A stretch of 59,960 nt of DNA from a virus. Of the stretch, positions 48,997 through 58,940 are shown piece after piece. Location: positions 1 to 59,960 of the IMG/VR virus record IMGVR_UViG_3300037882_002000, one strand, 5' to 3'. Position numbers and translations under genes: made by a program. The notes beneath the pieces are model-generated. The model had not been told where the DNA came from and ran no database searches. It was given only the letters and a program-made list of their open reading frames with translations. The number at the start of each line of letters is the position of its first letter. Positions within the stretch are counted from its first letter, which is position 1.

Positions 48997-49028
48997 CCCG
49001 CTCATAGGCCCAACTATGGGCGGGTTTT
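48997..49028 (+). terminator. strong rho-independent terminator
   Basis: CCCGCTCATAG / CTATGGGCGGG form an 11-bp stem (one G:U) with loop GCCCAA, followed by TTTT. Confidence 0.75.
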
Positions 49029-49053
49029 ACTTTAACGACTAACGGAGATTGTT

Positions 49054-49530
49054 ATGAATCAGGCAGTAGAATACACCGCACGGGATAAGAACGCTTATCG
49101 CGGCTCCCGCGCACATGACGTGGTACTGAACGATGGTACCGTCAAGAATTACGCATTTCCAAACGAGAGCACATTCATCCCGGTTCCTACCGAAGTGGCG
49201 ATGAAGCTCTCCAAGATACCAGGCTTTGAAGTCAAGGACACTCGCGGCCTTGTTGTGGTGCCGCAGCAGATCGAAGAGCAGACTGGCCTCAATGAGATCG
49301 TGAGTCTTTCCTCTGACCAGGTGATCGCAAACCTGAATGAACTCACCAAGGAAGCACTGATCGTCCGGGCGAACGCACCGGAACTTGGTGGGAAGTTCAA
49401 AAACAACGCCTCGAAAGAGTCTCTTGTGCAGTTCCTGACCGACTACAACCTAGCGAATCCAGCTAGTGCAGATGAGGCTGACTTGAATACCGAAGAAGAA
49501 TTGGAAGTAAGTGAAGAGGGTGGTGTATAA
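49054..49530 (+). CDS. hypothetical protein (158 aa) with a SAP/HeH-like motif and an acidic tail
   Basis: LNELTKEALIVRANAPELGGKFKNNASKESLVQFL resembles the HeH/Rho-N type helix-extension-helix motif. Confidence 0.65.
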   Translation: MNQAVEYTARDKNAYRGSRAHDVVLNDGTVKNYAFPNESTFIPVPTEVAMKLSKIPGFEVKDTRGLVVVPQQIEEQTGLNEIVSLSSDQVIANLNELTKEALIVRANAPELGGKFKNNASKESLVQFLTDYNLANPASADEADLNTEEELEVSEEGGV

Positions 49531-50232
49531 ATGCCACGCTCCTCAGCTGACATTGTAGAACTCGCGCTGGCGAAGATCGGGGTGTTCTCCACCTACGACA
49601 CCGGCGCGGATGCAAGCCAGTTTGCGAGGGCACTCGACTTCTTTGACACACTTCTCTCTGAGAAAGTAGGCACGGAGATCCTTTGGTGGTTCGTGCCTAC
49701 CACTCAGGTGATTCCTTTAACATTGGGCGTGGGCGCCTACGGATTAAACGCTCTCACCGCTACGGATTTACAGTACATCCACCGCGTATTCATCTCAGAT
49801 GAAAGCGGGGATGACACCTACCGACCACTGGAACTTATCAGAAAACCGGCTTTTGACCTGGGCCGCGACCAGATAGCCGAGGTGGGTAGGGTGGAACGGT
49901 GCTATGTAGAGCGGAACGAAACCCCGAATTTATACCTCCTCCGAGCTCCGGCCATCGCTGGGATGAGTTTGAGGATAGAAGGGCAGACTTACAGCCCAAA
50001 CGTGAAGAACGACCATGGCGAGACTCCCCACGGCTTTCCTGAAGCCTGGGAGCGCTATTTATACCATATCCTTGCCAGGGATATCGGGTCAGGCCCAGTA
50101 ACGACCCTGCCGAAGAGTGAGTTGGATGATATTGATAAGCAAGCCACGATAGCTAAACGGCTGCTTGATGCCCGGAATACACGGGAGAATGTAGATAAAT
50201 CTAAGGCGCGCGCAACGAAACCTTACCTTTAG
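49531..50232 (+). CDS. head-to-tail adaptor / tail tubular protein A-like (T7 gp11-type) candidate
   Basis: SADIVELALAKIGVFSTYDTGADASQFARALDFFDTLLSEK parallels the T7 gp11 N-terminus as I recall it ([40 protein letters not shown]). The size and position fit. Confidence 0.45.
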   Translation: MPRSSADIVELALAKIGVFSTYDTGADASQFARALDFFDTLLSEKVGTEILWWFVPTTQVIPLTLGVGAYGLNALTATDLQYIHRVFISDESGDDTYRPLELIRKPAFDLGRDQIAEVGRVERCYVERNETPNLYLLRAPAIAGMSLRIEGQTYSPNVKNDHGETPHGFPEAWERYLYHILARDIGSGPVTTLPKSELDDIDKQATIAKRLLDARNTRENVDKSKARATKPYL

Positions 50233-50241
50233 GATTTAAGA

Positions 50242-52086
50242 ATGTCATTCAGAAGAACAGTCATCACTCAGTTTAACCTGGGTAACCGTGCGTATCGGAA
50301 CGCTACCGTGGCCTTTTATGGCGTAGATGCCACGTCTTTTGAGAAAGAAGATACCCTGATCACCCTGTATGAGGGGCAGACAGGAAGTGGTGTATATGCT
50401 AACCCGTTGGCTCTGGACAGCGACGGTAAGTTCGCTGCGCCGGTGTACCACGATGAACCATTCATTGCGGTGGTATCGGATAGTGAGGTTGATAACCACG
50501 AGACCGGCGTGGTCTTCCCGCAAGGAAGTGGCTTCTCAGGCGACTGGGCGATGGACACACTGTATGCACCCGGTGATATAATCCGCGACGGACTGGTAGG
50601 TAACAACACCCAAAACCTCTACGTCAGCACGCAATACCAGACCAGTGGCGATGACTTCGACGATGATCTAACTGCCGGGCTATGGGATCTGGTATTCAAT
50701 TTTGAGACTCTGTACGGGAGTGCTGGTGTCCAGGCACTCGCCGCACTCACGCCTGCTGCGGATAAAGTTCCATACTTTACATCGAGTTCTGCGGCGGCAC
50801 TAGCTGATCTCACATCTTTGGGCAGGTCGTTGATTAGCCAGTCCGCTGCTTCTGCATTGAGGCAATTACTTGAAGTGGTGATTGGAATTAATGTCCAGGC
50901 ATGGGATGAGGATTTGGATGATTGGGCTACCAAGACAGCACCTGCGGGCGATGCGGTAGGAACAAGCGACACTCAGGTGCTGACAAATAAAACTATTGAT
51001 GCGGCATCGAATGCCATCACCAACCTCACTTTAGCTATGCTGGCCGCTAGCGTTGCTGATACTGACGCGACTCTTGCTGCGAACAGTGCAACAAGGGTCC
51101 CAGTTCAAAGCGCAGTAAAGTCTTATGTTGATAATGCAGCACTCGGCCTGAATTATAAGATTGAGGCACAAGCTGCAACTACCGCTGCGCTACCTGCGTG
51201 TACTTATGCCAACGGTGCGTCAGGGGTTGGTGCAACTCTTACCGGCGATGCTAATGGAGCGTTTCCGACAACTGATGGGGTGGCTGCCACTGTTAATAAT
51301 CGCTATGTAGTCAAGGATCAAGTTAGTGGCCTACAGAATGGTATCTATGCTCTGACGCAGGTTGGTACCGGCGGCACACCATTTATTTTAACCCGCGCGA
51401 CTGACTCCGACGCCAGTGCTGAGATCTTCCGTGCTACCGTGAATGTTGCAGCAGGCACTGCCAACCAAGGCACTTGGACGGTTAATAATGCGTCTGCCCC
51501 CACTATGGGCACCACCACAATTACCATTGTACGAGCTTCCAGTACGACTGCTTACACCGCAGGCACTGGCCTTACCGTTGCTGGCAACCAATTTTCCATA
51601 TCCGATATAGAGCTTCTCGCTATCGCAGGACTCACCTCAGCGGCTGACAGATTAGCATACTTTACTGGCTCTGGTACCGCCGCACTGGCGACACTCACAT
51701 CGGCAAGCCGCACTCTTCTCGCCCAAACAAGTATGACTTTCTGGCGGTATGAACTCAATGTGGCTTATAAGTTCCAGGATATAGGAGCGTCATTCTTGTT
51801 TCCGTCACCAGTGGATGGTGACGACAAGGTTATAGTAAAATCTCCATTCACCTGGCGAATAAACGAAGTAACCACTATCGCGGTAGCGGGGACTGGTACT
51901 GTCACCGTTAAGATCAACTCCACACCACTACCGGGCACAGCTAACTCTGTGTCCACTTTGGAGCAGTCACAGGCGCATACCGCTACCACTGTCACAGCGG
52001 GTGATGATATCATCATAACCTGGAGTAGTGTTTCAAGCCTGAGCGGGGTGAGTGTAACTCTCAAGGGTGAAAGGACTTTCGCGTAA
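50242..52086 (+). CDS. tail fibre protein (614 aa)
   Basis: Two copies of a fibre repeat (LAALTPAADKVPYFTSSSAAALADLTSLGRSLI and IAGLTSAADRLAYFTGSGTAALATLTSASRTLL). Ala/Thr/Gly-rich. Confidence 0.55.
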   Translation: MSFRRTVITQFNLGNRAYRNATVAFYGVDATSFEKEDTLITLYEGQTGSGVYANPLALDSDGKFAAPVYHDEPFIAVVSDSEVDNHETGVVFPQGSGFSGDWAMDTLYAPGDIIRDGLVGNNTQNLYVSTQYQTSGDDFDDDLTAGLWDLVFNFETLYGSAGVQALAALTPAADKVPYFTSSSAAALADLTSLGRSLISQSAASALRQLLEVVIGINVQAWDEDLDDWATKTAPAGDAVGTSDTQVLTNKTIDAASNAITNLTLAMLAASVADTDATLAANSATRVPVQSAVKSYVDNAALGLNYKIEAQAATTAALPACTYANGASGVGATLTGDANGAFPTTDGVAATVNNRYVVKDQVSGLQNGIYALTQVGTGGTPFILTRATDSDASAEIFRATVNVAAGTANQGTWTVNNASAPTMGTTTITIVRASSTTAYTAGTGLTVAGNQFSISDIELLAIAGLTSAADRLAYFTGSGTAALATLTSASRTLLAQTSMTFWRYELNVAYKFQDIGASFLFPSPVDGDDKVIVKSPFTWRINEVTTIAVAGTGTVTVKINSTPLPGTANSVSTLEQSQAHTATTVTAGDDIIITWSSVSSLSGVSVTLKGERTFA

Positions 52087-52790
52087 TGTTCGTGGCAACC
52101 GGAGTTATAGGGGGGAGGGTATTGGCGCCGAATCGCTCTCTGGATTTTGCCAATGGTATGAAATTATCGATGTCGGCAGCCGATTTTGGGGCGGTCGATA
52201 GTAATTTATTGAGTTTTAGTGCGTGGGCGCGGTATCAAGGAGTACCGTCAGGCGGTGGTGGCGCTTATTATTCGCCGCTCATTGAAAAGAGTAATTCGTT
52301 CAGAATAATGAGGATGAATTCCTACCTTCTGCGGGTTGAGTATTATTATCTTGGTGGTGTAAGGTATTTCTACACCACCAATTACTTGGCGGATGATATA
52401 TGGTATCGGCTGCGCGTTCACATAGACGCCGCTAACGCAGACTCTACTCAGAGAATAAAAGTCTGGCTCGATGGTGTGCCGGAATCACCGAGTTTGTACT
52501 CAGCGCCAGCAGGCGGTATTACCGATAGTGTTGATGACATCCAGATCGGTGGCGTAGGTTCCGCTGGTGATAATTACACCGTCGGCCAGATCTACCAACT
52601 TGGTGTCTATAACGGAGACCTTGTGGACGAAATTGAAGTATATTCAGGCGGTATAAAGGATATCAGGCAAATATCCTCCCTGTTCTCTACCATCCACACG
52701 GACAGTCCGAATATCACGGATGACTATATAAAGTCAGCAGCATGGACGAACACCGGTGGGGTGACTCTCTCTACCGCCATACCAACATAA
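52086..52790 (+). CDS. LamG/concanavalin-A-like lectin-fold tail protein (234 aa)
   Basis: LSFSAWARYQG...WYRLRVHID...IKVWLDGV...IQIGG...GQIYQLGVYNGDL follows the LamG-type jelly-roll pattern. TAATG coupling to the fibre gene. Confidence 0.55.
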   Translation: MFVATGVIGGRVLAPNRSLDFANGMKLSMSAADFGAVDSNLLSFSAWARYQGVPSGGGGAYYSPLIEKSNSFRIMRMNSYLLRVEYYYLGGVRYFYTTNYLADDIWYRLRVHIDAANADSTQRIKVWLDGVPESPSLYSAPAGGITDSVDDIQIGGVGSAGDNYTVGQIYQLGVYNGDLVDEIEVYSGGIKDIRQISSLFSTIHTDSPNITDDYIKSAAWTNTGGVTLSTAIPT

Positions 52791-52821
52791 CGAATTAACC
52801 AATAAATCTAAGGAGAAGATT

Positions 52822-53607
52822 ATGTCCTGCTTCGGAGGATTCCTAAAACTCAGCACCGCAGTAAAGGTGCCGGTCGGCCCGATGGTGGATGCCATTGACG
52901 GCTTTACCTTGGAAACGTCAATAGCTCTCGCCACTACGGAGGCGTATCTGTACAAGCATGACGCAGCCGCAGCGGTTGACCTCGGTACAGCCACCTTATC
53001 GGCGCACCTTGGCGGCGGTGTGTACAACCTCTCGCTGACGGCTTCCCATACTGATACCGTGGGGCTTCTCACCCTTGAGGTGCATGACACTGCTGCGCGG
53101 CCATTCCGCGTCAGCTTTATGGTGCTTCCGGCGATGATATACGACAGCTTGTTTGCTGCTGCTGCGACTGATTACCTTCAGGTGGATGTTACTCAGATTG
53201 GTGGTAATGCCATTGCGGGTTTCCTTTCTGGTACTACCCTACTGAACACCGATGTGATTAAAGTGAACGGCAACGTTTCAAGCGGGCTGCTCTCCGGCAC
53301 CACTGCGTTAAATGCTGATATCGCGAAGATCAGTGGAAGCTCGACCGCCGCTGATAACCTGGAGGCTTCGGCGCTGGGTATCAAGGCAGGCGGCGTGGTA
53401 TCTTCTGGAAGTTCCACCACGGTCATAAAAACCAACCTTACTGAGACCAACAACGATCATTGGAACGGTAGGGCGATAGTCTTTATCACGGGTGCTAATG
53501 CTCTAGTCGCCGCTTCCATCACGGATTACTCAGGTTCATCCAAGGATCTGACTATCACAGCGGTTCCAGTCGCACCGGCAGCAGCAGATACATTCATAAT
53601 CGTTTAA
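52822..53607 (+). CDS. hypothetical tail/fibre-associated protein (261 aa)
   Basis: TAAGGAG RBS. Internal duplicate GGNAIAGFLSGTTLLNTDVIKVNG / NVSSGLLSGTTALNADIAKISG. Confidence 0.65.
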   Translation: MSCFGGFLKLSTAVKVPVGPMVDAIDGFTLETSIALATTEAYLYKHDAAAAVDLGTATLSAHLGGGVYNLSLTASHTDTVGLLTLEVHDTAARPFRVSFMVLPAMIYDSLFAAAATDYLQVDVTQIGGNAIAGFLSGTTLLNTDVIKVNGNVSSGLLSGTTALNADIAKISGSSTAADNLEASALGIKAGGVVSSGSSTTVIKTNLTETNNDHWNGRAIVFITGANALVAASITDYSGSSKDLTITAVPVAPAAADTFIIV

Positions 53608-53622
53608 TCGAGGTTCCTGAAT

Positions 53623-55587
53623 ATGCCATACACTCATCTTGGCGTTGGTGGTCTTTCCTTCGGGCTTGACACCACTATTGCGGACAAGGCCCCTGCGGGC
53701 TACCCGGCGCTGGGTATCCTGATAACGGAGTTTGATCTTTGGGTGCAGGACTATGCTGGCGCGATAGTGAATGTTTTGAGGGCCGGAACTACCGATCTCT
53801 CGCCTGTTTACCGCGATATATTCCTGACTGAAACCGGTGACAACCCACACACCCTCTTAACGAGAGAAGATGATCTCGGGAATGTCTACGGGAAGTTCCG
53901 TTATTCTCTCTACACACCGTATTCCTATGAACTGGATATCGAGAACGTCCAGCAGACCGGCATTCAGCAAGTACCAATCACCACCCTGGATGGGGAAGAT
54001 GCCAGCCTAGCCACCGCCGCAGTACCAAACTCTACTCGCCTGCGCGCGTTGGAGGACAGGTTCGCTGATGTTATTCGCCTAGTGGACTACGGTGAGGTGG
54101 TGGATAATACCGACACCAACACCACCAACTTGGTTTCCGCTATCGCAGCAGCTTCTGCCCAGGGCGGCGGTGTAGTGCTTCTCCCTGCCGGAACTATAGC
54201 ATTCAACGTCCTGAGTCTCCCTGCGAAGGTGATTCTGAAGGGGGAGGGCAAGACCGTCACTATCCTCGAATCAGTGCTGGGTGACGATGTAATAACCCTC
54301 ACCGGTGACGCTTGCGGTCTCATGGATTTAACTCTTGACGGTGTGAGCGTGGTATCTGGCTCCACTGGTATCTACAGTAAGGCCAAGGATAACGTCATAT
54401 TCGAGCACGTTCTGGTGAAAAGATTCGACACCGGCTTGCTTTGGCGTGGCGGCCTGGACTTCATCTGGCGTGATTTTGATGTAACCAACTGCACTGATAA
54501 CGTCCGCTTAGTTGGAGACCAAGACACCACCGGCGACTCCGATGGGGATATGATCTCCGGCGGTGACTGGGATGGCGGCTTGGTAACTGAGTCCACCGGC
54601 GTTGGCCTGGAACTCTTTGTCCGCGACCGCGAGGTATCCCACGTCAAGATAACCAATGTGGACTTTATTGATAACGTCGGCACCGATGGTGCAATACTGA
54701 TTTACGGCGCGAGTTTCCTGGACTTCGACAATATCTACATGGAAGGCAACACCACAAATATCACCATAAGTGATAACCCTGATACCACGCTGACCGAAAC
54801 CCGCGAGGTAATATCCGTCCGGCTTAATGGCCGATTCATTGACGGCACAATGTCCTTTGATGGCCTTTGCCAGGACGTGTACTTCGAGCGGTCGTACTTC
54901 GACGGGGTGACCTTCGCCGCAAACGTACCAACCAACCCAGTTATCTTCAAAGACTGCACTGAGATTGAGACTCTATTTACTGGAGACACCACCAAGATTA
55001 ACCGCTTCCGCACCACCCAGGAAGGCACGGTATCCGGCTCTACTACCAGTGCCACGCCAGTTGTGGTGTACAAAACCAAGTTATCCCCGAATGAGGTAGT
55101 GGTACTGGAAGTTACCGCGACAGCAGAACGGGTGAATGGGGATGGATATGCCACCTTTATTGTGGCGATGCCTTTCAGGTGCGCTGGCGCGACTTTACTT
55201 TATGATGCCCAGACCGCTAACTTCACTGCTGGGAATAGCCTCCTGGGCGCTACATCAGGTGCGACTGCGGTTATTGTGGCGGATACTGACTCAGGCACCA
55301 CCGGTGTTCTGACGCTTGCCGAGGTGAATGGCGACTTTGTGGACAACGAAATTATAAGCGAGTCCGATGGTAGTGGTTCAGCGCGCACGAATGGTGTCCT
55401 TGCCTTGGGCAGTGTGACCGACGGAGTGGAGACCGATCTGCACCTTTGGGGGAGTAATACTAACTTACCACCAGCCGGTTGGGCTGTCGAGCCTCTGGCT
55501 TCTGGACAAGAGGCACAGGTGGCTGTCACCGGCGCGGCCAGCAATACGATAGCTTGGGCCGTTAAAATATCTGAGACGAGATTGTAA
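53623..55587 (+). CDS. tailspike with a right-handed beta-helix (pectate-lyase-fold) depolymerase domain (654 aa)
   Basis: RLVDYGEVVDNTDTNTTNLVSAIAAASAQGGGVVLLPAGTIAF is the typical start of pectate-lyase-3-type phage tailspikes. It is followed by repetitive beta-helix-like turns. Confidence 0.7.
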   Translation: MPYTHLGVGGLSFGLDTTIADKAPAGYPALGILITEFDLWVQDYAGAIVNVLRAGTTDLSPVYRDIFLTETGDNPHTLLTREDDLGNVYGKFRYSLYTPYSYELDIENVQQTGIQQVPITTLDGEDASLATAAVPNSTRLRALEDRFADVIRLVDYGEVVDNTDTNTTNLVSAIAAASAQGGGVVLLPAGTIAFNVLSLPAKVILKGEGKTVTILESVLGDDVITLTGDACGLMDLTLDGVSVVSGSTGIYSKAKDNVIFEHVLVKRFDTGLLWRGGLDFIWRDFDVTNCTDNVRLVGDQDTTGDSDGDMISGGDWDGGLVTESTGVGLELFVRDREVSHVKITNVDFIDNVGTDGAILIYGASFLDFDNIYMEGNTTNITISDNPDTTLTETREVISVRLNGRFIDGTMSFDGLCQDVYFERSYFDGVTFAANVPTNPVIFKDCTEIETLFTGDTTKINRFRTTQEGTVSGSTTSATPVVVYKTKLSPNEVVVLEVTATAERVNGDGYATFIVAMPFRCAGATLLYDAQTANFTAGNSLLGATSGATAVIVADTDSGTTGVLTLAEVNGDFVDNEIISESDGSGSARTNGVLALGSVTDGVETDLHLWGSNTNLPPAGWAVEPLASGQEAQVAVTGAASNTIAWAVKISETRL

Positions 55588-57020
55588 TGGCTGATAATTG
55601 GTTGAAGATACCCCTTGATTCCAAGGTGTTGGCGAAGGTATCTGATACGGTGTTGCAGAATCGCGTGGCGCGGCTGGAAAATGCCTACGTCGTAAGCGAG
55701 GAAGACACCAAGAAATATAAGGCGATAGCGCGCTTTCCTCACCTTGAGCCGTGGATCACCCTGCCGATCAAGAACAAAGTGTTTTTGAGTGAATGGCTTG
55801 ATGATCAAGTCGCGGTTTGCGGTGGCCGAATGTACCGCCTGGATAATTCTGGAAACATAACCGATGTCACCGGCGCGAGTGTCACGGGTGGCGGTCGTCC
55901 GGTGTTCAGTGAAACCGAGGACGAGAAGCTGGTTGCCGCAGGTGGGGCGATAATCAGCCTTAAGGGTAACCAGACCAAGATTTTAAGTGGGGACGCACCT
56001 GAGAGCACCCATGTGTTCTACACCGCCGGTTACGTTGGCGCGATTGAAATGGGTGTCGGAAGATTCAGAGTCACCAGCCCCGGCCAGTATGATGTATGGA
56101 ATCAGCTTGATACCTTCTCCGCTGAGGGTAAACCAGACAAACTGAATGCGGCTATAGTTACAGAGTTCGGTGAATTACTCCTTTGCGGGCCGAAAAGCAT
56201 CGAGCAGTTTGACGCAGCGCCGAGCGGCCAGCGTCCTTTCTTCAAGCGCTGGGGTATCGGGGCTGGGCTTTACGCACCATACGCTGTCACCTCAGTGGGC
56301 GCGGCAACATGGTTGGTGAACGATTCACTGGAATTCGTCAGCGTCGGCGGACAGGCGGCAAGGCCTGAGAGCGATGACGTTCAGTACACTTTAAGCCGGA
56401 TTGACGACTGGAAAGATGCCTGGGCGGATAATATCACAGTTGATGACCAGAGATTTATTATCCTTCAGGCACCGTATGCCACCAATACTTACGGCACGAA
56501 AGGGGTAACATTCCTCTTTGATTACCTGAAGCGCAGGTGGAGTTCATTGTACGGATGGGATAGCCAGAAAGGGCTACCCGCTAAATGGCCGGGTTGGAGC
56601 GTGAACCTCCATCGAGGGGAGGTCTTTATTGGTGGCGATAACGGGATTATCTACCGCTTAGGTGGTTACGGCACGCAGGACAGCACTAATCTTGAACGCA
56701 TGCTTATTCGTACTGGGCACATGGACTTTGACGGAAGTGTTGAAACTAGGATCGATAAAATAAGAATGCGCCTGAAGCGTGGCGATGAAGCGAACAGTAA
56801 CGACCCACGCCCACTGATATCTATTCGCGTGAACAAGGATAACAAGGGTTTTGGGAATTGGGTCCGCAGGGATCTTGGTGCACCAGGAGAACGAGAGATG
56901 GTGATTCAGTTCGGAGCTTTCGGCACCGCCCGCACTTGGCAGTTTGAGGTGGCGATTACTGACCGGTGCCCGGTGGAGATCGTTAAGGCAGAAGCTGATG
57001 TAACTCCAATGAGGATGTAA
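55587..57020 (+). CDS. tail hub / P22 gp10-like protein (477 aa)
   Basis: VCGGRMYRLDNSGNITDVTG, CGPKSIEQFDAAPSG and IDKIRMRLKRG echo the P22 gp10 motifs I recall (VCGGKLYKGE..VGDVAG, FGSSTIEYFSLTG, FKLRV). The sizes are similar (P22 gp10 is about 470 aa). Confidence 0.45.
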   Translation: MADNWLKIPLDSKVLAKVSDTVLQNRVARLENAYVVSEEDTKKYKAIARFPHLEPWITLPIKNKVFLSEWLDDQVAVCGGRMYRLDNSGNITDVTGASVTGGGRPVFSETEDEKLVAAGGAIISLKGNQTKILSGDAPESTHVFYTAGYVGAIEMGVGRFRVTSPGQYDVWNQLDTFSAEGKPDKLNAAIVTEFGELLLCGPKSIEQFDAAPSGQRPFFKRWGIGAGLYAPYAVTSVGAATWLVNDSLEFVSVGGQAARPESDDVQYTLSRIDDWKDAWADNITVDDQRFIILQAPYATNTYGTKGVTFLFDYLKRRWSSLYGWDSQKGLPAKWPGWSVNLHRGEVFIGGDNGIIYRLGGYGTQDSTNLERMLIRTGHMDFDGSVETRIDKIRMRLKRGDEANSNDPRPLISIRVNKDNKGFGNWVRRDLGAPGEREMVIQFGAFGTARTWQFEVAITDRCPVEIVKAEADVTPMRM

Positions 57021-57286
57021 TGGTCGTATCAATCGAAGACCTACAAAAGATAACGATCCCTACCCCGCCACGCCTGACAGGGGATTCGCGGACGGATTTA
57101 GATGCTTTCGTGAAATACAGCTACCAGCTTTATTCGGCGGTGGTTGTGCAAGGAAGGTTGCTTGAGCGGATAAACGCTCTTGCCGCCTTAGAGCCGGTTT
57201 CAGAGACAGTGAGTGGTTCACCAACACAGGCGGAAGTGGTGGCGATAGCTCAGAAGATTAACGCAATAATTAACGCAGCAGGGTAG
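57020..57286 (+). CDS. hypothetical tail/ejection-module protein (88 aa)
   Basis: TAATG coupling to the upstream gene. Confidence 0.65.
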   Translation: MVVSIEDLQKITIPTPPRLTGDSRTDLDAFVKYSYQLYSAVVVQGRLLERINALAALEPVSETVSGSPTQAEVVAIAQKINAIINAAG

Positions 57287-57288
57287 TC

Positions 57289-58929
57289 ATGATACAGAAA
57301 GAAGAGACCGGCACGCCGCAAGCACCAGGGAAGAAGTTTCCGCCTAAGGCACCACAAAAGGCGACAACCCCACCTCCAATGGAAGAAGCCGAGACTCCTG
57401 CCGTTGACGCAGCGGAGGACAGAACAATCACCACGGAAGACCCGACGTACCAGAAGCTGGCGAAAGCTGGCCGCTTCGGTGACACGGAGATGGCGCACAC
57501 CACCCCGGGTGAGGTAATTATCCCGCTTGATATCCAGGATGAGGAACTCATGGCCTTCCTGCAAGGGAAGTTCCAACAGTACGGTGTTCCGATGGACCAA
57601 TACACGGTACAGGATGAATCAGGTGGCAACCCCACCACCGGGGAGAACGAGTATTTCTCTTTCGGAAGTATCCTTAAAAGCGTCCTTCCAGCAGCTGCAA
57701 GTATGATCCCAGGTGTCGGCGCAATCGCCGGGCCGCTCGTGGGTGCTGCTATGAGTGGTATGGGTGGCGAAGAAGGCGGCGGCGGTGGCGGCGGTGGTGG
57801 TGGTGGCGGATATGCAACACAGGCAGCAGTCTCTGCGCTTCCAGCCCCAGTACAGGCCCAGGTATCCGCGAAGAAGGGTAACCCTTTCCGCGAGACTACC
57901 AAGTTCACACTCTCAGATAGCTCCGCGACCCCGAACACTTTCGGGAAAGCTCCCACACCACCTTTGTCCCAGGATGCTGGTGATGATAGGATCAACCCCA
58001 ACACCGGGATGAAGGAATACGCGAGTTACTCCACCAAGAACGATATGAGACCCACGCCAGCTGATAAAGGTATATTCGGGGGCGGACACTCACCGCGTCC
58101 TGGTAATGGTACGCCACCGCGTCTTGGAGATGTTCTTCGCGGTGCAATGCCAAAAGCCACACCCAGTAAATCAGGCCCGCCACCAATGCCACAAACAAAA
58201 GGCCAGAACAGCCCTCCTCCTATGAGGAAGGCAGGGCCGTCCTTCAATCCGCGTACCAACCGTCCTGAATTCGCCGGTGTAACTGGTTCTCCGATAAACC
58301 GTACTCCACCACCCAACGCCGCACTTGATCGCGCGCACGCTGCTAATACCGGAACCGGATACACACCATACGTTGGTAAGGATGCGGCTTCCAGGGGTAA
58401 CGGAATCACCTTCACCACCCCGACCGGTCAGGTAGGTTCATTCGTAGAGAAGCCGCCAGCTGCAACCCCAGCTCCAGTCGTGGAGCCACCGAAGACAGAG
58501 GTGGCAGCCACGCCAGCGGCCACCACCGCCGCTCCTGCCGCTACCTCTCCGTATGTGGACGAGCAGTATAGTGGTATAGGCCGAAACCAGCGAGAGCTGG
58601 ATATCCAGGGCTTAGGGTACAACGGTCCATTCGGACGAGGTGCAGCTGACCAATGGCTCACCGGTAAATATAACACCACTGATCTGAACCAGATCCCACG
58701 AGTCAGCACTCAGGCGACCGATAATAATCAAACAGCGACTCCAGATCCTTACCAGGCTTCACTCGATAAGCTGGACGCGCTGATAAAGCAATACACTACC
58801 GCAGCAACACCAGCTGCGCCTGCCGCGCCTACCACTGAGGCGGTGCAGCCACAAAGCACTCTAAGCCCTTACCGCCCTCCAAGGCTCAGGTCGCGCCGAT
58901 ACAGAGGAACCCAGGCGGCTAACTTTTAA
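57289..58929 (+). CDS. Pro/Gly-rich internal virion (ejection) protein (546 aa) with a Gly12 tract and NPxTGxxE[YF] repeats
   Basis: GDTEMAHTTPGEVIIP, then NPTTGENEYF, NPNTGMKEYA and NPRTNRPEFA. First of the four ejection-module genes. Confidence 0.75.
   Translation: MIQKEETGTPQAPGKKFPPKAPQKATTPPPMEEAETPAVDAAEDRTITTEDPTYQKLAKAGRFGDTEMAHTTPGEVIIPLDIQDEELMAFLQGKFQQYGVPMDQYTVQDESGGNPTTGENEYFSFGSILKSVLPAAASMIPGVGAIAGPLVGAAMSGMGGEEGGGGGGGGGGGGYATQAAVSALPAPVQAQVSAKKGNPFRETTKFTLSDSSATPNTFGKAPTPPLSQDAGDDRINPNTGMKEYASYSTKNDMRPTPADKGIFGGGHSPRPGNGTPPRLGDVLRGAMPKATPSKSGPPPMPQTKGQNSPPPMRKAGPSFNPRTNRPEFAGVTGSPINRTPPPNAALDRAHAANTGTGYTPYVGKDAASRGNGITFTTPTGQVGSFVEKPPAATPAPVVEPPKTEVAATPAATTAAPAATSPYVDEQYSGIGRNQRELDIQGLGYNGPFGRGAADQWLTGKYNTTDLNQIPRVSTQATDNNQTATPDPYQASLDKLDALIKQYTTAATPAAPAAPTTEAVQPQSTLSPYRPPRLRSRRYRGTQAANF
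57775..57810 (+). repeat. (GGN)12 simple-sequence tract encoding Gly12
   Basis: GGC GGC GGC GGT GGC GGC GGT GGT GGT GGT GGC GGA, in frame within the 546-aa gene. Confidence 0.9.
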
Positions 58930-58940
58930 GGATAAAACAA

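Noticed and set aside
57270-58004. 244-aa minus-strand ORF with a poly-Pro run
   Set aside because: It is the mirror image of the (GGN)12 Gly tract and the Pro/Gly-rich plus-strand gene. It has no start context and is opposite to the operon direction.
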